Numbered from the stretch's first letter, positions 28,540-38,148 are shown. The stretch: DNA of 64,000 nucleotides from an uncultured Spartobacteria bacterium (GCA_903847935.1 CAINEX010000133.1:8-64007), one strand, 5' to 3'. The notes: generated by a model from the sequence alone, not told the origin. Program-made: numbers and translations.

Positions 28540-29523
28540 TTAGGAAGCTTTGCTCTTGGATCTTTTGGTCTTGTGCCCGGAGGGTGAGGGGGATGCCGCC
28601 GGAGTCGGATTCTTGCTCTCCAGCGCAAGCAGTTCGTCCACCGTTACAAATTTGTATCCCTTCGCGAGGAGGGCATCCAGTGTGGCTGGCATTGCGTCGA
28701 TGGTTCCTTTGTGAATGTCATGGGAGAGGATGATGGCGCCAGGTTTGGCCCCTCCGCTTCCCTTCCATCCTGAGAGAATTCTTTCTGAAACAACCTTGGA
28801 GCCCGGATTCTTCCAGTCGAAGGGGTCGACGGACCAGAGGATCACCTTCATGCCATACTCTTTCTCAATGGCTCGGCTCAGTCTTGGATTAGTGGCCCCA
28901 TAGGGCGGGCGCATGATGACGGGTGCTTTGCCGATGGTCTGTTTGATAAGATCGGAGGTATCCGCCAACTGGTGCCTGAGTCCTCCTTCAGCCAACCTGT
29001 TGAGGGGAGGGTGATCCCAGCTATGATTTCCTATCTGATGGCCCTCCGCCACGGCCCTCACCACGATTTCGGGATGTTCCTGAACTCGCTGACCCAGGAC
29101 AAAGAAAGTTGCATGGATGTGTCGTTCCTTGAGGATGTCGAGCAAGCGGGGAGTCAGTGTTGCGTCAGGTCCGTCATCAAAAGTCATGGCGATGTAAGGT
29201 CCGTCCACGCGTATGGAGGAGTAACTGCTCCGCTCTCCTGCGGAATTGTTCAAGGAGACCGGTGTCTGCATCGCCACAGGTTGAGGCGCGACCGATGCGG
29301 GTGCTGAAGTAGGGGTTGATGAGTTCGTTACCGCGGGATTTGCCACGGCTCCAACTTGATTGCTGGAAATGGGGGGCGTAGCGGCAAGAGGTGCAGTTGC
29401 CTGAACGGATCCGTTGGTGACGACTTCGGCTTTAACGACGGGCTGTATTCCCAGAAATAGAAGCAGCGCAATCGTGACAAGCGTAAGAAAGGTCAAGCAG
29501 GGGATGGAAAGTCTTCGAGGCAT
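28540..29523 (-). CDS. Polysaccharide deacetylase (NodB-homology, CE4) with signal/anchor and a Ser/Thr/Pro/Ala-rich linker
   Basis: 327 aa. NodB motifs are present: IAMTFDDGPD, HIHATFFVLG, IGNHSWDHP, MRPPYG and ILSHD. Confidence 0.85.
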   Translation of the reverse strand: MPRRLSIPCLTFLTLVTIALLLFLGIQPVVKAEVVTNGSVQATAPLAATPPISSNQVGAVANPAVTNSSTPTSAPASVAPQPVAMQTPVSLNNSAGERSSYSSIRVDGPYIAMTFDDGPDATLTPRLLDILKERHIHATFFVLGQRVQEHPEIVVRAVAEGHQIGNHSWDHPPLNRLAEGGLRHQLADTSDLIKQTIGKAPVIMRPPYGATNPRLSRAIEKEYGMKVILWSVDPFDWKNPGSKVVSERILSGWKGSGGAKPGAIILSHDIHKGTIDAMPATLDALLAKGYKFVTVDELLALESKNPTPAASPSPSGHKTKRSKSKAS

Positions 29524-29672
29524 AATCTTTTCAAAGCTGACAGAAATTCCAAAAGATGCACGCCAGAGATCATGGAAAAAATCGACGGTAAATCTTGAAG
29601 CCGAGTGAAAGAAGTCTTGGATGGGCGGGAAGGAGCACCCCTCCGTTCCATCCTTCTCTTTGTCAGGGAGCT

Positions 29673-30572
29673 TTATTCCTGGATCAGTGCCCTCGCCCGG
29701 GGAGAAAGAAGGCTGAGAAATTCGAGGAGCGAGGGTTTCCCCGTTATTGGCCTTCTTGTGATGGCTCCCATTGGGCGCCAGAGTCGCTCCGCGTCGATCT
29801 GACGGGAGGAGAGTGCCCCCTGCTTGATTTCCTGACGCACGGAGGTCTCGGGAATAATGGCGAGTGCCTGCTCGGCCTCCACCGCCGCCTTAACGGTCTC
29901 GATATTTTCGAATTCCGCCAGATAAGTGATCTTAACGCCCGCTTTTTTGAAGACCTTGTCAAGGTGTTGACGTGTGGGGATATCAGGAGTCAGGCCCACA
30001 AAGCGTCGCCCCTCGAGTTGCGAAAGCTCGACCGGACGCTTTCCCTTCAACTGATGGTCGGGAGGCATGATCAAGATCAGTCGCTCTCTCCAGAGGGTCA
30101 TGGCCCGCAAGCCCGGGCGAGCTTTTGGGTAAGCCACCAATCCAAGGTCAGCACGCCCGTACTGCACGGAATCATAAATCTCCTCAGCTTTGCGATAGTC
30201 GACCAGAACTTCAACTCCGGGATGGGCTTTGCGAAACTGCTTGAGCAACGGGGGAAGGTTATGGAGTGCGATGCTGATGACGCTTGCGATGCGGAGTTGT
30301 CCACCCAACTCGCCACGGGCAACCCTAAAGCGGTTCCCCAAGCTATCAAGACGGGCTAAAATATCTCGGCAGGCCTCAAGATAAACGTGTCCCTCGGGAG
30401 TCAGGGTGAAGTGCCCGCAGTTTCTGTCGATCAGGGGAACCCCGAAACGTTTTTCCACCGCACGGATCTGTTGGCTGACCGCACTTTGAGTGATGCCGCT
30501 GGCTTCCGCCGCACGTGAGAAGCTGCCTGTATCACAAAGGTCACAGAAGACCTTGAAGCCCTCAAGTTGCAT
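29673..30572 (-). CDS. LysR-family transcriptional regulator
   Basis: 299 aa. The N-terminal HTH is FKVFCDLCDTGSFSRAAEASGITQSAVSQQIRAVEKRFGVPLIDR. It is divergent from yggS. Confidence 0.9.
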   Translation of the reverse strand: MQLEGFKVFCDLCDTGSFSRAAEASGITQSAVSQQIRAVEKRFGVPLIDRNCGHFTLTPEGHVYLEACRDILARLDSLGNRFRVARGELGGQLRIASVISIALHNLPPLLKQFRKAHPGVEVLVDYRKAEEIYDSVQYGRADLGLVAYPKARPGLRAMTLWRERLILIMPPDHQLKGKRPVELSQLEGRRFVGLTPDIPTRQHLDKVFKKAGVKITYLAEFENIETVKAAVEAEQALAIIPETSVRQEIKQGALSSRQIDAERLWRPMGAITRRPITGKPSLLEFLSLLSPRARALIQE

Positions 30573-30633
30573 GAATCAGAATCTGTATGCAGACTCGTCC
30601 GGTACTCCAAGAAAAAACCATCATTTCACAACC

Positions 30634-31314
30634 ATGATCAATCCTGTCATTGCATCGAACCTTCAGAAGGTCCGTGAACGCATCGCGGCGGCAGCTCTCG
30701 GGTCCGGCCGCAATCCTAGTGAAATCGAATTGGTTGCTGTCTCTAAGACCTACCCACCGGAACTCATACGTGAGGCCTCCGAGTCCGGGCAGGAGATCTT
30801 CGGCGAAAGTCGTATTCAGGAGGCCCTTCCAAAGATCTCCCTGCTGCCTTCACGGTTGCGCTGGCATTTCATCGGCCATCTTCAGTCCAACAAGGTGCGC
30901 AAGATTCTTCCTCTTTTTGAACTCATTCACGGCGTGGATAAGCTTAGCACCGCACGTGATATCGACAGGATCGGAGCAGAGTTGGGATTGTTCCCTCGGG
31001 TGCTTCTGGAGGTGAATGTCTCGGGGGAGGAGAGCAAACAGGGCTTTGAACCAAAGAATCTCGAAGCGATCATCTCGGAGCTCCTGTCAATGCCTCGCCT
31101 GCAGGTGGAGGGACTCATGACCATGGCTCCTCTTTCGCCCGAGGCGGAATCTTCCCGACGTTATTTTTCCGCCTTGCGTGAACTGCGTGATCGTCTCGCA
31201 AAACAGACCGGAATTCCCCTTTCCTCACTCTCCATGGGAATGAGTGGGGATTTCGAGGTGGCGGTGGAGGAGGGAGCGACTCTTTGCAGGGTGGGGTCGG
31301 CTATATTTGGATGA
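30634..31314 (+). CDS. yggS: PLP-binding protein YggS/YlmE (PLP homeostasis)
   Basis: The track ORF is 30490-31314; the real start is likely ATG 30634 (MINPVIASNLQKVRERI). PLP-Lys motif: ELVAVSKTYP. Also present: HFIGHLQSNKV and LSMGMSGDFEVAVEEGAT. Confidence 0.9.
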   Translation: MINPVIASNLQKVRERIAAAALGSGRNPSEIELVAVSKTYPPELIREASESGQEIFGESRIQEALPKISLLPSRLRWHFIGHLQSNKVRKILPLFELIHGVDKLSTARDIDRIGAELGLFPRVLLEVNVSGEESKQGFEPKNLEAIISELLSMPRLQVEGLMTMAPLSPEAESSRRYFSALRELRDRLAKQTGIPLSSLSMGMSGDFEVAVEEGATLCRVGSAIFG

Positions 31315-31384
31315 CCAAGCAGGGGAAATAATCCGCCTAATGGAAGATTTTTAGAGCCAAAAAAGTTCAGTTACGCTACATATT

Positions 31385-32020
31385 GTGGTCATGTCCGACT
31401 TTCAAGACACCCACGATGAGCTGTTGGATCTCGAAGAGACCCCTTCGGCAGAAGAACTTCAGAATCAGGTAAAACGTGCCCAATCAGAGCTTTTGGAGTT
31501 GAGGCAGCGGCAGGACCTCATTGAGAAAGAAAAGCTCCGCCTCGAGGAACTCACCCGCAGACAAGACGATTTGGAACGCGGACGCAATGAGATGGCCGAT
31601 AAATTGGGCCGATCCATTATTCTTGTCCAACGTGAGACGGAGGAGGCTCAGCGCCGGCTTGAGCAACTCAACAACATTCAGGATATCTTCGCTGAGCACC
31701 TTCATAATCTTGAGGGAATAGATCCCAAGTCCTGGGGTGGCCGAGATCTCTCACGCGAGTTGACCCGTTCCCTGGGCACTGTTGACGAGGCCAGGTCTGC
31801 CTATGCACGACTTCATGCCAAAATCACTCCGGTATCAAACCAGGACGATGGCATGCCTTATGATGAGGGAGCGGGAGGTTCGTTCTTCTCAGACATGGGA
31901 GATCAGGGTTTTTCCCACTGGTTAAGGAATGGTCTTGCCTTCACTTTGCCCCTCCTCGTTCTTGGAACGATTGCTCTCATTGTTTGGATCTGGCATCTGA
32001 TGACTGCCGCTCCAAGATAA
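31385..32020 (+). CDS. Tail-anchored coiled-coil protein (hypothetical)
   Basis: 211 aa. It has a heptad-rich acidic/basic helical N-half (ELQNQVKRAQSELLELRQRQDLIEKEKLRLEELTRRQDDLERGRNEM...) and a single C-terminal TM (LAFTLPLLVLGTIALIVWIW). Confidence 0.6.
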   Translation: MVMSDFQDTHDELLDLEETPSAEELQNQVKRAQSELLELRQRQDLIEKEKLRLEELTRRQDDLERGRNEMADKLGRSIILVQRETEEAQRRLEQLNNIQDIFAEHLHNLEGIDPKSWGGRDLSRELTRSLGTVDEARSAYARLHAKITPVSNQDDGMPYDEGAGGSFFSDMGDQGFSHWLRNGLAFTLPLLVLGTIALIVWIWHLMTAAPR

Positions 32021-32039
32021 TTTCTTTTAATACCCGGAC

Positions 32040-32450
32040 ATGGCTTTTCGCTCACCCAGCAACCGCAGGGGATCCCGCCCTGTGACATCTGCTTCGAGAC
32101 ATGATGAAAGTCGTTCCCGTCTTGATCGTGATCTGGAGGAACTCCGCAAGCGTGAACTGGAGTTGAGGAAGCTTGAGGAGAAGATGAAGCAACGCGTGGA
32201 AGACCTTCCCAAAGAGGTTGCCGAGAAAGCACGCCGGCAAGAGGAGATGATCAAGCTTCGCGCGGTTGCGACGGCCACGTATGCCGATGGTCTAAGCAGG
32301 CCCCGTGACAAGCGACACGGCCCCTTAAAAAGCTCTACCGGAGGCCGCCGCATGACCAAACCGGAGGAACGCTCGGCGAGGCTCCAGTTTCTCCTTCTTT
32401 GCGCTGTGCTTGCCATGATCATGGTGTTGCTCTGGAAATCTCTTCCTTGA
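32040..32450 (+). CDS. Tail-anchored coiled-coil protein (hypothetical), second of pair
   Basis: 136 aa. It has a charged coiled-coil segment (LDRDLEELRKRELELRKLEEKMKQRVEDLPKEVAEKARRQEEMIKL) and a C-terminal TM (LQFLLLCAVLAMIMVLLW). Confidence 0.55.
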   Translation: MAFRSPSNRRGSRPVTSASRHDESRSRLDRDLEELRKRELELRKLEEKMKQRVEDLPKEVAEKARRQEEMIKLRAVATATYADGLSRPRDKRHGPLKSSTGGRRMTKPEERSARLQFLLLCAVLAMIMVLLWKSLP

Positions 32451-32611
32451 ATTTTTAGGGCCTGATTTGATACCGATCAGTCCTCTCAGGGGTGTTTTAT
32501 CTTTCGTGATCGAAATACGTACCTGATGATGCGTGATTACGAACTTCAGAGGACTCCCTCTTATCTAATAAAATGCTCCTTATTTGCTGGGAGCTCCCTT
32601 ACTATAAAACG

Positions 32612-33673
32612 ATGACTTTGGGTAAAGTTTCAGCCTTCGAGGGTCTGCCTGCAACAAAGCCCTCCCCCGAGGTGACTCGGGAAAATGCACGCCGAGCTTA
32701 CCGTATTATGTTGGAGGCACGGATCCTCGAGGAGAAGTTGGCTGTTCTCTACAGATCTGGAAAGATTGTGGGTGGCGTGTTCCTTGGCCGTGGACAAGAG
32801 GCCTTGAGTGTTTCCTTGGGGATTCACCTTCGTCGTGGTGATGTCTATGCCCCGCTAATACGTGATCAGGCGGGCCGCATGGCCTTCGGAGATACGATTC
32901 TGGATACACTGCGCACCTACCTTGGATCATCACTCGGGTCGATGAGGGGGAGGGATGGAAACATTCACCGAGGACGTCCATCGGAAGGATATCATGCGAT
33001 GATCAGTCACTTGGGAGCCATGGTCTCGACTGTTTGTGGCGGTCTGATGGCCAAGCGCTTCCGTGGCGAGACGGGTGCAGTTGGGGGTACCTGCATCGGC
33101 GAAGGTGGAACTTCCACCGGGAGTTTCCATGAGGGAATGAACCTTGCCGGTGTTGAAAAACTCCCGATTGTCGTCGTGGTCGCTAATAATCAGTTTTCCT
33201 ACTCCACGCCGAATGACCGTCAATTCGCCTGCAGTGATCTTCTTGCCCGTGCGGAGGGGTATGGCGTGAGGGGGCGTCGGGCGGTGGGTAACGATCTGAT
33301 GGACTGCCTCGGGGTGATCGGGGAAGCTGTCTCTGCCGCACGCTCCGGGGAGGGACCGCAACTTGTGGTGGCCGATCTTCTCAGGCTTGTGGGGCATGGA
33401 GAGCACGACGATGCCACCTACATTCCCGCGTCGATGAAAGAAAGTCCCTTGGGTAAGGATTGTCTTGATCTGGCCCGCACCACGCTTCTGGAAAAAGGTT
33501 GGCTTACCGGGGAGGAGGCGGATGAGTGGCGAAAAATCGTTGAAAAAGAAGTTGAGGAAACGTCTTCCAAGGTTTTGAGGGAGCCAGTCCCCGATCCCTC
33601 AGAGGAAGATTGGAACGCATTTTCCTGTCTTGATAGCCAACAGCATCTTCTGCATCAGGGGGAACGGCAATGA
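32612..33673 (+). CDS. 2-oxoacid (pyruvate / branched-chain / acetoin type) dehydrogenase E1 alpha subunit
   Basis: The track ORF is 32573-33673; the alternative start ATG 32612 (MTLGKV) is more plausible. TPP motif: GEGGTSTGSFHEGMNLAGVEKLPIVVVVANNQFSYSTP. The stop overlaps the E1 beta start (ATGA). Confidence 0.85.
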   Translation: MTLGKVSAFEGLPATKPSPEVTRENARRAYRIMLEARILEEKLAVLYRSGKIVGGVFLGRGQEALSVSLGIHLRRGDVYAPLIRDQAGRMAFGDTILDTLRTYLGSSLGSMRGRDGNIHRGRPSEGYHAMISHLGAMVSTVCGGLMAKRFRGETGAVGGTCIGEGGTSTGSFHEGMNLAGVEKLPIVVVVANNQFSYSTPNDRQFACSDLLARAEGYGVRGRRAVGNDLMDCLGVIGEAVSAARSGEGPQLVVADLLRLVGHGEHDDATYIPASMKESPLGKDCLDLARTTLLEKGWLTGEEADEWRKIVEKEVEETSSKVLREPVPDPSEEDWNAFSCLDSQQHLLHQGERQ

Positions 33674-34638
33674 GCGCCATCACCTATCTCGAAGCAATCA
33701 GATTGGCTCAGCAAAAAGCTCTGCAGGAGGATCCCCGCGTCTTTATTTACGGTCAGGATATCGGCGGCTTCGGCGGCGCATTCAAAGCTACAAAGAATCT
33801 TGCCAAGGAATTCCCGGGTCGGGTCCTTGACGCACCGATCAGCGAGGACGCCATGGTCGGTCTTGCCATCGGGGCCGCAGTTGAGGGGATGCGACCGATT
33901 ATTGAGATGCAGTTCGCTGATTTTTCAACGTGTGGATTCAACCAAATCGTCAATCAGGCAGCCACATTACACTACCGCACGGGAACCTCCTGCCCCCTGG
34001 TCGTGCGTCTTCCTAGCGGAGGAACTCCGGGTGGTGGTCCTTTCCATAGCCAGAGCATGGAGGCTATCTATGCCCATTACCCCGGCCTAATCGTGATGAC
34101 ACCGGCAACCGTCGAGGATGCTTACACAATGCTTCTCGAAGCCGTGGCCTTGGATGACCCTGTGATTTTCTGTGAGCACAAGTTTCTCTACTACCATCTC
34201 AAGGCAGACAAATTGCCAGATACGGTACTGCCCTTCGGGAAGGCTAGGATTGCTCGCCAAGGTAGGGATGCCACAGTCGTCGCCTACAGCGCGATGGTTC
34301 ATGAAGCCTTGGCAGCCGCGGAGGAATTGACCCATGACGGCTATGATATCGAGGTTGTCGATCTCCGAACGGTCAGGCCCATTGACACCGACACGATCCT
34401 TGCTTCCGTTGCCCGCACGGGAAGGCTGTTGGTGGTGGGGGAGGCCTGGCCCTGGGGCGGAGTTGCCGCCGAGGTGATTGCCCGAGTTGCCACGGAAGGA
34501 TTCGGGTTGCTGGATGCCCCCCCTCAACGACTCAACGCTAAGGAAACCCCGGTTCCTTATCACCCCGCGCTGTGGGGAACTCATCGTCCGACAGCCTCTT
34601 CGGTTGCCAACTCCCTGCGACAACTTTTGGAACTCTAA
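33670..34638 (+). CDS. 2-oxoacid dehydrogenase E1 beta subunit
   Basis: 322 aa. Typical E1-beta regions: VFIYGQDIGGFGGAFKATKNL...RVLDAPISEDAMVGLAIGAA, IEMQFADF and VVDLRTVRPIDTDTI. Confidence 0.9.
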   Translation: MSAITYLEAIRLAQQKALQEDPRVFIYGQDIGGFGGAFKATKNLAKEFPGRVLDAPISEDAMVGLAIGAAVEGMRPIIEMQFADFSTCGFNQIVNQAATLHYRTGTSCPLVVRLPSGGTPGGGPFHSQSMEAIYAHYPGLIVMTPATVEDAYTMLLEAVALDDPVIFCEHKFLYYHLKADKLPDTVLPFGKARIARQGRDATVVAYSAMVHEALAAAEELTHDGYDIEVVDLRTVRPIDTDTILASVARTGRLLVVGEAWPWGGVAAEVIARVATEGFGLLDAPPQRLNAKETPVPYHPALWGTHRPTASSVANSLRQLLEL

Positions 34639-34652
34639 AACAAGACGAAACC

Positions 34653-35894
34653 ATGTTTCCATCACCCGACTCCATGCATCTCCTGCCGATCATCATGCCT
34701 CAACTAGGGGAGTCCATCGCGGAGGCCACCATCGTGAGTGCCGCTTTTAAGGTTGGGGAACGCGTGGAGGCTGACACCGACCTCTTGGAAGTGGAGACCA
34801 ACAAAGCGGTGATGGGAGTCACTGCCCCTTGTGGCGGGATTTTAAAGGAGCTCATTGCCGTTGTGGGTGAGAGTTACGCCGTCGGTGCGACTCTGGGATA
34901 CCTTGAGATCAGTGACGCTGATGCGGAGAGATTGGGGCTGAATGAGGCTCCTCCCCCTCCCGTGGAAAAACCCAAAAACAAGAAATCAACCGATCTAAAA
35001 AAGGGTGAGGTAACAGGTAAGGCAAAACCTTCTGGTAAAACCGTTGAACCAACCGTCAGCGGACTCCCCGTTCCGGCTCATGCCGGTGGTGCCAGTTTCC
35101 TTTCACCCCGCATGAAGGCCCGTATGGCCGAATTGGGACTTCATGCCGCTGATCTGGCCGGTGTGGCGGGAAGTGGAGCCGGCGGTCGCGTCACCATTGA
35201 TGATCTGGAGCGCTTTCTGCAGGATCTTGAGAGAAACACGATTTCCCCTGCTTCATCAATGCGTGTCGCGGTTGCCGATGCCATGCGTCGCAGTTGGACC
35301 AGGCCTCTAGCCACGGTTGTCCTTCCCATTCAACTCGACATTCTGCTGGCTCATCGCAAACAGCAGACCATCAAGGCTGGTCCCGCACTTTATGCCCTCA
35401 GGGCACTCTCCATTGCACTCTCTGAAATGCCGGCAACAGCGGGGCGACTCATCGGGGACCGTGTGATCCATCCCCGCTCCGTGGATATTGGTTTTGCGGT
35501 TGAAGCTGAGGACGGGGTTCTTGTCCCGGTCATACGTCATGCCGATCAGTTTCCTCTTGCTGATCTTGTCGAGCGGTACAACCGTCTTGTCGAATTGGCC
35601 CGCGCCCGACGTCTGCCCGGCTCGGATACCGGAGGGTCAATCGCCACGATCACGAATTACGGGGTCTTTGGACTCACCATGGCAACCCCCATTCCCCTTC
35701 CTGAACAAAGCATTCTACTCGGCATGGGGGCAGGGCGAGTGACCCCTTTTTGGGATTCTGAAAAACAAACCTTTGTTCCTGTGACGGAGGCTCAATTCAC
35801 GCTTAGTTTTGATCACCGAGTACTGGACGGAGGTGCCGCCGGCAGACTCCTTCAACGTGTGGCAGAGCTGCTTGGTAAGCCCGAATCCCTGTAA
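34653..35894 (+). CDS. Dihydrolipoamide acyltransferase (E2) of the second 2-oxoacid dehydrogenase complex
   Basis: The track ORF is 34572-35894; the start is at ATG 34653 (MFPSPDSMHLLPIIMPQLGESI). It has a lipoyl domain (LEVETNKAVMGV), a Pro/Lys linker, a subunit-binding domain (SPRMKARMAELGLHAADLAGVAGSGAGGRVTIDDLERFL) and a catalytic DHRVLDG. Confidence 0.9.
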   Translation: MFPSPDSMHLLPIIMPQLGESIAEATIVSAAFKVGERVEADTDLLEVETNKAVMGVTAPCGGILKELIAVVGESYAVGATLGYLEISDADAERLGLNEAPPPPVEKPKNKKSTDLKKGEVTGKAKPSGKTVEPTVSGLPVPAHAGGASFLSPRMKARMAELGLHAADLAGVAGSGAGGRVTIDDLERFLQDLERNTISPASSMRVAVADAMRRSWTRPLATVVLPIQLDILLAHRKQQTIKAGPALYALRALSIALSEMPATAGRLIGDRVIHPRSVDIGFAVEAEDGVLVPVIRHADQFPLADLVERYNRLVELARARRLPGSDTGGSIATITNYGVFGLTMATPIPLPEQSILLGMGAGRVTPFWDSEKQTFVPVTEAQFTLSFDHRVLDGGAAGRLLQRVAELLGKPESL

Positions 35895-36095
35895 TGCATG
35901 AAGGTGTTAGTTTGGCGAAGGGCTCTCGTGTTCATGTCTGACATTGCCGCAATCTATGTGTGGGCCCCATTGCAAAAAGACTGCTTCAAAGTTTCTGCAA
36001 CTTCCCCAGAGCTGGGGTGTTCTTCTGTATGAGGAGAATGACAAAAGTTGGTTTTCCATCCCAATGAACTCCTCAATTTATCATTTAAAAAGCTC

Positions 36096-36854
36096 ATGAT
36101 GAAAAACTCCTTGAAGAAAACCATCCTGATTCTTTTATCCGGGCTTATGTTTTCATGGAATGTCCGTGGCCAGTCCACGACAACGAATGTCTTGGAGAAA
36201 ACCAACGCCCCGGTTAATGCTCCACAAGTGGCGCCGCAGCCACCAGTGCAGCCCTTGGATCTCCTGACACGCGCGGAAAGGAAGCAGGTGAAGGCCGCTC
36301 ATGATGCGGCCCTTCAACAGGATCCTGTGCTCACCCGAAAGCTGGATGAGTTGAAGAGAGAACGGGAGGAAGTACTGAAGTCACTCAGGGAAGCGATGAT
36401 TAAGGCTGATCCCTCGGTCGAGCCACTGTTGGATAAAATGTTGCAGCACAAAAAAAACGGGGAATCCCCCAAGCCCCTGAATCTGAAGGGTGATGGATCT
36501 TCTTTCCCCCGTGCCCCCGTGCCTCACGAGTCCGGGAAAAAATCCGCTTCAGGAGAAACAATCTCCCCCCACAATTCGAGACCTGGCATTGCAAGCCTGA
36601 CTGCGGATGAAAGGTCACATCTGGCAGCAACGCGTGAAAAGGTGAAGGATGATCCCAAGGTTTCAAGTGCCCGGGATAGTGTTAAACATGCTGTAAGTCC
36701 GCAAGATCATCAATCAGCGGTCAATGCCCTCCGCAAGACGCTCAACGATGCCATGATAAAATTGGATCCCTCGATTCAACCCATCTTGCAAAAGATCAAC
36801 TCAGATGGAGTGTCCAAGGATTCTTCCTCGGCAACTTCCACGCCTACCCCGTAA
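36096..36854 (+). CDS. Secreted helical protein with an internal two-fold repeat (hypothetical; weak CpxP/Spy LTxxQ-like flavour)
   Basis: The track ORF is 36048-36854; the likely start is ATG 36096 (MMKNSLKKTILILLSGLMFSWNVRG, a signal peptide). Repeat units are LTRAERKQ...DP...LREAMIKADPSVEPLLDKM and LTADERSH...DP...LNDAMIKLDPSIQPILQKI. Confidence 0.5.
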   Translation: MMKNSLKKTILILLSGLMFSWNVRGQSTTTNVLEKTNAPVNAPQVAPQPPVQPLDLLTRAERKQVKAAHDAALQQDPVLTRKLDELKREREEVLKSLREAMIKADPSVEPLLDKMLQHKKNGESPKPLNLKGDGSSFPRAPVPHESGKKSASGETISPHNSRPGIASLTADERSHLAATREKVKDDPKVSSARDSVKHAVSPQDHQSAVNALRKTLNDAMIKLDPSIQPILQKINSDGVSKDSSSATSTPTP

Positions 36855-36877
36855 TGGGCAGGTAGAGAAACGAATGC

Positions 36878-37168
36878 TTAACTCTGTGCGGGAATGACAG
36901 TCTTGCCCGCCGAAGAGTGCTCTTTTTGATTATTATCGGTGGGGATTTTTTCCTTGGGAGCACCGTGCTTCAACATCCGTGTGTAAGGACCTAGGACTGT
37001 CTGTGGAAAATAGAGATCTCTTCTGTTTTCGAGTGTTGTGCAGGAAATGAGGGCGAATGAAAAACAAACTAGAGAAAGGAGTCCGTACACGCGGGAGGTG
37101 GAGGGTATGTTCATGATTCCTTTCATCATATCCGAGCTGACTCTTTCCGTGTCAAAGAAATTGCCCAC
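36878..37168 (-). CDS. Small putative lipoprotein (hypothetical)
   Basis: 96-aa ORF. The internal Met at 37129 (MMKGIMNIPS...) would give a signal peptide ending in the lipobox ALISC. No family recognised. Confidence 0.4.
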   Translation of the reverse strand: MGNFFDTERVSSDMMKGIMNIPSTSRVYGLLSLVCFSFALISCTTLENRRDLYFPQTVLGPYTRMLKHGAPKEKIPTDNNQKEHSSAGKTVIPAQS

Positions 37169-37197
37169 CTCCCGCCTCTCGGAGATGATACTCCTGC

Positions 37198-38148
37198 ATG
37201 ATTCTGGCCTACTATGTCCATGATTTGAGTCCTTTTTTAATCCGATTTGGCGGAGAAATTGGAATTCGTTGGTATGGGCTTTCTTATTTGGCCGGATTCC
37301 TTGTGGGCATTTTGCTTTACAGACGCTTGGCAGCGAAGGGCTATTCGGATCTGAAGCCCGACCAGGTGGTCGATTTCATCACTATGGGCGCTTTGTTTGG
37401 TGTGCTCTTGGGAGGACGTCTCGGCTACCTGCTATTCTATGATGCAGACCGATTTTTTCACGATCCTCTGATCTTCTTTCGAGTTTGGGAGGGGGGAATG
37501 GCAAGCCATGGTGGCATTTTGGGATTTGCACTTTACACGCTCTGGTATGCAAGACGGCATCATCTCTCTTTCAGGAATCTGGGTGATAACCTGGTCGTCG
37601 TTGCCCCAATCGGTCTTTTTTTCGGGCGCTGTGCAAATTTCATCAATGGTGAATTGTACGGTCGCATCACGGATGTGGCTTGGGCGGTCCAATTTCCAAA
37701 GGAAATGTTTCTCTATTCCCCCGAGCATCTCACACGATTGCTTTCCAGGACTGCGACTCTTGATCCCAGGTTTAATTCCCCCGATGCCATCATCGCCGGA
37801 GTTGCTCAATCAGAGCCCCTGAGAGGAATTCTTGCCGAGGAGATAGCTCCCCGATACCCCTCCCAACTGATCGAGGCTTCCTTGGAGGGAGTGCTCCTTT
37901 TTTCACTGCTTTGGTTGATACGGACGAAGTGCAGGGTTTCCGACGGCGTACTGACCGGAGTTTTTTTCATCATTTATGCCTTGGTCAGAATTTTTGGTGA
38001 GTGCTTTCGAGAGCCGGATGCACCGCTTACTGGGAATCTCACAAGGGGCCAGTTCCTTTCCCTTTTTATGATTTTGGTCGGACTATTCTTCCTGATATGG
38101 GCTTGGATGAGACCCAGATATCCGGACGCCTTGAGGGAACGAATCTAA
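37198..38148 (+). CDS. lgt: Prolipoprotein diacylglyceryl transferase
   Basis: 316 aa. Motifs: IRWYGLSYLAGFLVG, GGRLGY, WEGGMASHGG and FGRCANFINGELYGR. Confidence 0.9.
   Translation: MILAYYVHDLSPFLIRFGGEIGIRWYGLSYLAGFLVGILLYRRLAAKGYSDLKPDQVVDFITMGALFGVLLGGRLGYLLFYDADRFFHDPLIFFRVWEGGMASHGGILGFALYTLWYARRHHLSFRNLGDNLVVVAPIGLFFGRCANFINGELYGRITDVAWAVQFPKEMFLYSPEHLTRLLSRTATLDPRFNSPDAIIAGVAQSEPLRGILAEEIAPRYPSQLIEASLEGVLLFSLLWLIRTKCRVSDGVLTGVFFIIYALVRIFGECFREPDAPLTGNLTRGQFLSLFMILVGLFFLIWAWMRPRYPDALRERI

Noticed and set aside
29595-30359. 254-aa plus-strand ORF
   Set aside because: It is antisense to the LysR regulator, which has a clear HTH and substrate-binding domain. No motifs of its own.
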